Part shown: positions 27,013 through 31,395 of the stretch, piece after piece
Layout: every line of letters begins with the position of its first letter
Position numbering within the stretch: position 1 is the stretch's first letter
IMG/VR virus record: IMGVR_UViG_2877958089_000002
DNA from: a virus
Lineage: Duplodnaviria > Heunggongvirae > Uroviricota > Caudoviricetes
Direction: 5' to 3' (one strand)
Length of the DNA stretch: 31,395 nt
Position numbers and translations under genes: made by a program
Notes under the pieces: generated by a model
Databases searched by the model: none
The model's input: the letters and a program-made list of their open reading frames with translations, nothing else
What the model was told of the DNA's origin: nothing

Positions 27013-27560
27013 TGAGGACGATTGAAGCCATGCAGCGACAACTTCTCGGCCTGATTGGGCGGGCAGTGGTGAAAAGTATCAGCGCCGCCACGAAATGTCA
27101 GACCGTGGATGTGTCCCTGATTGCCGGTGAACCCAAAGCCGGGGTTGAACATCTTGAACCCTACGGTTTTACCGCAAGGGCAAACAGCGGTGCGGAAGCG
27201 GTGGTGTTGTTTCCGGATGGCGACCGTTCTCATGCGGTGGTTGTTACGGTGTCGGACCGGCGCTACCGCCTGAAAGGGCTGCAGACGGGTGAGGTGGCTG
27301 TCTATGACGATCAGGGGCAGTCTGTGACGCTGACCCGGGCGGGTATCGTGGTGGACGGTGCAGGTAAAACGATCACGTTTCGCAATGCGCCCAGAGCACG
27401 TTTTGAAATGGACCTTGAAGTGACCGGACAGGTGAAAGACCTGTGCGACTCCGGCGGCACTACCATGTCAGCGATGCGGCTTGCCTATAACGGGCATCGT
27501 CACAGAGAGAACGGTCAGGGCAGTAACACCGACAAACCTGATAAAGCGATGGAGGCATGA
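27012..27560 (+). CDS. Baseplate assembly protein V / central spike
   Basis: 182-aa product in the baseplate cluster. Confidence 0.65.
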   Translation: MRTIEAMQRQLLGLIGRAVVKSISAATKCQTVDVSLIAGEPKAGVEHLEPYGFTARANSGAEAVVLFPDGDRSHAVVVTVSDRRYRLKGLQTGEVAVYDDQGQSVTLTRAGIVVDGAGKTITFRNAPRARFEMDLEVTGQVKDLCDSGGTTMSAMRLAYNGHRHRENGQGSNTDKPDKAMEA

Positions 27561-27985
27561 TGGAACTGTGGCTGACGGTGAACGGTAAACGCACCTGCGC
27601 CAGCGCACCGCTGGATCCGCTGACCCGCGCCGTGGTGATTTCCCTGTTTACCTGGCGGCGGGCGGAGCCTGATGACAACGCCGACGTCCCGATGGGATGG
27701 TGGGGGGATACCTGGCCTGCGGTACAGAATGACCGTTACGGCTCCCGACTGTGGCTGCTTCAGCGCAGCAAACTGACCAATCAGCTGGTGCAGACGGTAA
27801 GGGGGTATATCCGCGAATGCCTGCAATGGATGATTGATGACGGCGTGGTGTCCCGTATTGATCTGGATATCCGCCGCACCGGGATTAATGAGCTGGGTAA
27901 CAGTATCACCCTCTGGCGTCGTGACGGACCGGTAATGATTTCTTTTGATGATCTGTGGAGTGCGATAACGCATGGCGGACAGTGA
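27557..27985 (+). CDS. Mu gp46-like baseplate protein
   Basis: 142-aa product, co-linear with the Mu baseplate order. Overlapping start/stop. Confidence 0.65.
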   Translation: MMELWLTVNGKRTCASAPLDPLTRAVVISLFTWRRAEPDDNADVPMGWWGDTWPAVQNDRYGSRLWLLQRSKLTNQLVQTVRGYIRECLQWMIDDGVVSRIDLDIRRTGINELGNSITLWRRDGPVMISFDDLWSAITHGGQ

Positions 27986-29030
27986 ATTTCAGCGCCCGAC
28001 GCTGGCAGAAAATATCAGTATGCTCCGTAACGATTTATTCGCCAGGCTGGACGTCAGCGACACGCTCCGGCGCATGGATGAAGACGTGCGGGCAAAGGTG
28101 TATGCGGCGGCGCTGCATACGGTTTACGGTTACATCGATTATCTGGCAATGAACATGCTGCCTGACCTGTGCGATGAGTCCTGGCTGGCGCGACATGCTG
28201 CGATGAAACGGTGTCCGCGCAAGGGGGCCACGGCTGCCAGCGGGTATATGCGCTGGGAAGGTGTCAGCGATGGCCTGAAGGTGACCGCCGGGAGCGTGAT
28301 TCAGCGCGCTGACCTGGTTCAGTACACGGCAACTGCTGATGCAACCAGCTCCGGTGGTGTCCTGCGCGTGCCGATCACTTGCTCAAGTGCAGGCGCGGTC
28401 GGTAACGCTGACGACGGTACGGCATTAATCCTGGTCACGCCGGTGAATGGTCTGCCGTCTTCCGGTGTTGCAGATACCCTGACTGGCGGATTCGATACTG
28501 AAGATCTGGAAACGTGGCGCGCCCGCGTCATTGAGCGGTATTACTGGACGCCTCAGGGCGGGGCTGACGGGGACTATGTCGTCTGGGCTAAAGAAGTGCC
28601 CGGCATTACCCGCGCATGGACATACCGTCACTGGATGGGAACGGGAACTGTCGGTGTGATGATTGCCAGCAGTGACCTGATTAATCCCATTCCGGAAGAA
28701 TCAACGGAAACGGCGGCAAGACAACATATCGGGCCACTGGCCCCGGTGGCAGGCTCTGATTTGTATGTGTTCAGGCCGGTGGCACATACGGTGGATTTTC
28801 ATATCCGCGTGACGCCGGACACACCGGAAATACGGGCTGCCATCACCGCGGAGTTGCGTTCGTTCCTGCTGCGTGATGGTTATCCGCAGGGAGAACTGAA
28901 GGTATCGCGTATCAGTGAGGCGATTTCCGGTGCGAACGGGGAATACAGCCATCAGTTGCTTGCACCGGCAGACAATATCTCCATTGCAAAAAATGAACTG
29001 GCGGTTCTGGGGACGATTTCATGGACGTGA
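27972..29030 (+). CDS. Baseplate J-like protein
   Basis: 352-aa product in the expected position. Confidence 0.75.
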   Translation: MADSEFQRPTLAENISMLRNDLFARLDVSDTLRRMDEDVRAKVYAAALHTVYGYIDYLAMNMLPDLCDESWLARHAAMKRCPRKGATAASGYMRWEGVSDGLKVTAGSVIQRADLVQYTATADATSSGGVLRVPITCSSAGAVGNADDGTALILVTPVNGLPSSGVADTLTGGFDTEDLETWRARVIERYYWTPQGGADGDYVVWAKEVPGITRAWTYRHWMGTGTVGVMIASSDLINPIPEESTETAARQHIGPLAPVAGSDLYVFRPVAHTVDFHIRVTPDTPEIRAAITAELRSFLLRDGYPQGELKVSRISEAISGANGEYSHQLLAPADNISIAKNELAVLGTISWT

Positions 29031-29605
29031 CAAACGATGATTACATCCGTCTGTTGTCGGCACTGTTGCCCCCCGGTCCGGCGTGGTCAGCCAGCGATCC
29101 GGCGATTGCCGGTGCGGCACCGTCATTAACCCGTGTTCATCAGCGTGCGGATGCCCTGATGCGGGAGCTGGATCCGCGCACAACCACCGAACTGATAAAC
29201 CGCTGGGAGCGTCTGTGCGGCCTGCCGGATGAATGTATTCCGGCAGGGACGCAGACCCTTCGCCAGCGTCAGCAACGGCTGGATGCGAAGGTTAATCTGG
29301 CGGGCGGCATCAATGAGGATTTTTACCTTGCACAGCTTGCTGCCCTGGGCAGACCAGACGCCACCATCACGCGATACGACAAAAGCACGTTCACCTGCTC
29401 ATCTGCCTGTACTGACGCGGTGAATGCGCCGGAATGGCGGTATTACTGGCAGGTCAACATGCCAGCCGCCACCAACACCACCTGGATGACATGTGGCGAT
29501 CCCTGTGATTCCGCACTGCGTATCTGGGGCGACACCGTAGTCGAGTGTGTGCTTAACAAACTCTGCCCGTCGCATACCTACGTAATTTTTAAATATCCGG
29601 AGTAA
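29021..29605 (+). CDS. YmfQ-like tail protein (Mu gp48-like)
   Basis: 194-aa product between baseplate J and tail-fibre genes, same size as e14 YmfQ as I recall it. Confidence 0.65.
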   Translation: MDVTNDDYIRLLSALLPPGPAWSASDPAIAGAAPSLTRVHQRADALMRELDPRTTTELINRWERLCGLPDECIPAGTQTLRQRQQRLDAKVNLAGGINEDFYLAQLAALGRPDATITRYDKSTFTCSSACTDAVNAPEWRYYWQVNMPAATNTTWMTCGDPCDSALRIWGDTVVECVLNKLCPSHTYVIFKYPE

Positions 29606-29608
29606 TCC

Positions 29609-30256
29609 ATGCATCGTATAGACACGAAAACCGCGCAGAAGGATAAGTTCGGCGCGGGTAAGAACGGTTTTACCCGTGGTAACCCCCAGACCGGCACACC
29701 TGCCACCGATCTGGATGATGACTACTTTGACATGTTGCAGGAGGAGCTTTGCAGCGTGGTGGAGGCATCCGGTACCAGCCTGGAGAAGGGGAGGCATGAC
29801 CAGTTGCTTACCGCACTTCGCGCGCTGCTGTTAAGCCGCAAGAATCCGTTTGGCGATATCAAATCGGACGGCACGGTGAAAACGGCTCTCGAAAACCTTG
29901 GTTTAGGAGAAGCGGCGAAAAGGGATGTGGGCACAGGAGATAATCAGATACCGGATATGGGAGCATTCGCTTCTGGTTCGGGATGGTTCAGGCTACCAGG
30001 TGGATATATTGTTCAGTTTGGCACTTTTTCAGGAAACACGACCCGCTTTATCAGTGGACACTTCCCTATACCATTCCCTAATCAGCCGATGGTTTCAGTC
30101 AGTGTTATGTCTGATGCCGTTCAGTCAGACCCGTCGAATCCTGCCCCGCAGGTTTTGTCTGTAAATTTTGAACATATCAGTAATTCAGCGTGGCGTGTGG
30201 CAACCAGTGATATCTCACAGCAATACAGATTCAGTTATGTTTCGATAGGACGGTAG
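29609..30256 (+). CDS. Tail fibre protein (short, StfP-like)
   Basis: 215-aa product immediately followed by a tail-fibre-assembly gene. Confidence 0.55.
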   Translation: MHRIDTKTAQKDKFGAGKNGFTRGNPQTGTPATDLDDDYFDMLQEELCSVVEASGTSLEKGRHDQLLTALRALLLSRKNPFGDIKSDGTVKTALENLGLGEAAKRDVGTGDNQIPDMGAFASGSGWFRLPGGYIVQFGTFSGNTTRFISGHFPIPFPNQPMVSVSVMSDAVQSDPSNPAPQVLSVNFEHISNSAWRVATSDISQQYRFSYVSIGR

Positions 30257-30258
30257 AA

Positions 30259-30565
30259 ATGCAGAAATATATTTTCAGTGCCGATAAAAATGCGTTTTTC
30301 CCTGTGGAGCTTAAAATCGCTTATCAGGAATCCGGCGAATGGCCCGGTGATGGAATCGAAATTGACGACACTGTTGCCGCCGAATTTATGAAGGAAGCAC
30401 CAGAAGGAAAATACAGAGGTGTCATCGACGGAATGCCTGCATGGATTGATATTCCACCGCCAACTCATGAGGAACAAATTGCCGCAGCCGAACTGGAAAA
30501 GCAGCAATTGATTAATCAGGTCAACGAATACATAAACAGTAAGCAATGGCCTGGTAAAGCGGCGA
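30259..30565 (+). CDS. Tail fibre assembly protein, 3' end truncated by the assembly gap
   Basis: N-terminus MQKYIFSADKNAFFPVELKIAY is typical of Tfa chaperones. ORF runs into the N-run at 30566. Confidence 0.55.
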
Positions 30566-30665
30566 NNNNNNNNNNNNNNNNNNNNNNNNNNNNNNNNNNN
30601 NNNNNNNNNNNNNNNNNNNNNNNNNNNNNNNNNNNNNNNNNNNNNNNNNNNNNNNNNNNNNNNNN
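30566..30665. other. Assembly gap (100 N)
   Basis: Run of n characters. Not biological sequence. Confidence 0.98.
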
Positions 30666-30936
30666 ATTTTACTTCATCTAATTCATAGTTAGCCGGGCGG
30701 GATGCGTCAATGTCTTTATTTCTATTAATATGATAAATATCAAACAATGTTTAATGTCATTATGGCGAATGCTTCTATTCTATTTTTTTGCCGGGTGATA
30801 TTTTTCATTTCTGCTGGATGAGCGTCGTCGCCAGAAGGCCACGTGAGCACAGGATAAGAGAACGAAAAATCAGCAGTCTATGCAGCGACAAATATTGATA
30901 GCCTGAATCAGTATTGATCTGCTGGCAAGAACAGAC

Positions 30937-30956
30937 TACTGTATATAAAAACAGTA
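30937..30956 (+). promoter_or_regulatory. LexA operator (SOS box) of the umuDC promoter
   Basis: TACTGTATATAAAAACAGTA, a perfect CTGT-N8-ACAG palindrome, 19 nt upstream of the umuD ATG. Confidence 0.85.
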
Positions 30957-30975
30957 TAACTTCAGGCAGATTATT

Positions 30976-31395
30976 ATGTTGTTTATCAAGCCTGCGGATC
31001 TCCGCGAAATTGTGACTTTTCCGCTATTTAGCGATCTTGTTCAGTGTGGCTTTCCTTCACCGGCAGCAGATTACGTTGAACAGCGCATCGATCTGAATCA
31101 ACTGTTGATCCAGCATCCCAGCGCGACTTACTTCGTCAAAGCAAGTGGTGATTCTATGATTGATGGTGGAATTAGTGACGGTGATTTACTGATTGTCGAT
31201 AGCGCTATTACCGCCAGCCATGGTGATATTGTCATCGCTGCTGTTGACGGCGAGTTTACGGTGAAAAAATTGCAACTACGCCCGACGGTACAGCTTATTC
31301 CCATGAACAGTGCGTACTCGCCCATTACCATCAGTAGCGAAGATACGCTGGATGTCTTTGGTGTGGTGATCCACGTCGTTAAGGCGATGCGCTGA
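30976..31395 (+). CDS. umuD: UmuD, SOS mutagenesis protein (S24 LexA-like self-cleaving subunit of DNA polymerase V)
   Basis: 139-aa product matches E. coli UmuD as I recall it ([44 protein letters not shown]...). Stop codon is the last 3 nt of the window. Confidence 0.95.

Noticed and set aside
30566-30665. N-run as a possible biological low-complexity region, and the 170-aa minus-strand ORF spanning it (30235..30747)
   Set aside because: The Ns are an assembly gap. The ORF is an artefact of translating through Ns; its portion left of the gap is antisense to the tail-fibre-assembly gene.
1-31395. CRISPR arrays, integrase or transposase genes, rRNA genes
   Set aside because: No regularly spaced direct repeats with unique spacers, no recombinase-like translations and no rRNA-like sequence. 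The only tandem repeat is the iteron array in the replication gene. Any integrase would lie upstream of this window.

Overview
This window is a nearly complete lambdoid prophage of an Escherichia coli-type host, ending at the chromosomal umuD gene with its LexA box. Gene order is that of a lambdoid genome with an e14/SfV-like mosaic: an immunity region (divergent CI-like S24 repressor and Cro-like gene with palindromic operators), a replication gene carrying internal iteron repeats, a nin-like region (Dam-like methyltransferase, LexA DNA-binding-domain protein, RusA, KilA-N, DUF968-like), a small antiterminator Q, a lambda-type lysis cassette (holin, R endolysin, Rz/Rz1), HNH endonuclease plus terminase, an HK97-like head module, and a Mu-like contractile tail with an e14-like YmfQ/tail-fibre end. 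The most interesting locus is an AT-rich three-gene cassette on the opposite strand (7531..9085), sitting between Q and the lysis genes where lambdoid phages carry morons. It encodes a 289-aa protein and two small membrane proteins that I cannot assign to any family, and I propose it as a candidate superinfection-exclusion or abortive-infection module. Other points of note are a second orphan methyltransferase, two intrinsic terminators that late transcription must read through, a -1 slippery site in the tail chaperone, and a 100-N assembly gap hiding the prophage/host junction. All family assignments come from reading the translations by eye with no database search; coordinates of small motifs are approximate to 1-2 nt.
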